From Octopus vulgaris (Eukaryota), in contig OX597814.1 of NCBI GenBank assembly GCA_951406725.2, positions 51,708,001 through 51,772,000 of the forward strand: DNA of 64,000 bases, read 5' to 3'. The position numbers were made by a program, and so were the translations under genes. Each line of letters starts with the position of its first letter. The stretch's first letter is position 1. Below are positions 63,902 through 64,000 of this stretch, one piece after another. The notes beneath the pieces are model-generated. The model did not search any database and was not told the DNA's origin. It worked only from the letters and a program-made list of their open reading frames with translations.

Positions 63902-64000
63902 CAGTGTTTTATAAGCTCGTACGCCTAAATAAAACATCAAATACAATAACTTGTGATTGATCCCAAAACTCAAGCCAAGATAATTTTAAGTCTGAACTAG

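Overview
Eukaryotic, AT-rich, repeat-dense genomic DNA. The SINE/LINE families and the (TA)n/(CA)n/(GAT)n microsatellite load look like a coleoid cephalopod, probably Octopus; this is inference from repeat content only. One complete six-exon gene can be assembled by hand on the + strand (25334-39572). It encodes a 411-aa lysosomal phospholipase A2 / LCAT-family protein (PLA2G15-like) with signal peptide, lid cysteines and an intact Ser-Asp-His triad. A probable first coding exon of a second gene lies at 62069-62314. The rest is RTE- and CR1-clade LINE fragments, two tRNA-derived SINE families, mariner, pogo and hAT remnants, a Ty3/gypsy remnant, a Penelope GIY-YIG fragment and a ~800-bp foldback element. 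Most notable: (1) a near-perfect 319-bp inverted duplication bracketing the PLA2G15 promoter and exon 1; (2) a canonical PHD finger inserted just after the RT core of the dominant RTE LINE; (3) stop-poor minus-strand reading frames in the non-repeat DNA of 0.8-19 kb, suggesting an old shredded coding element of unknown, possibly viral, origin; (4) repeated short local templated duplications. All translations and alignments were done by eye; no searches were run.
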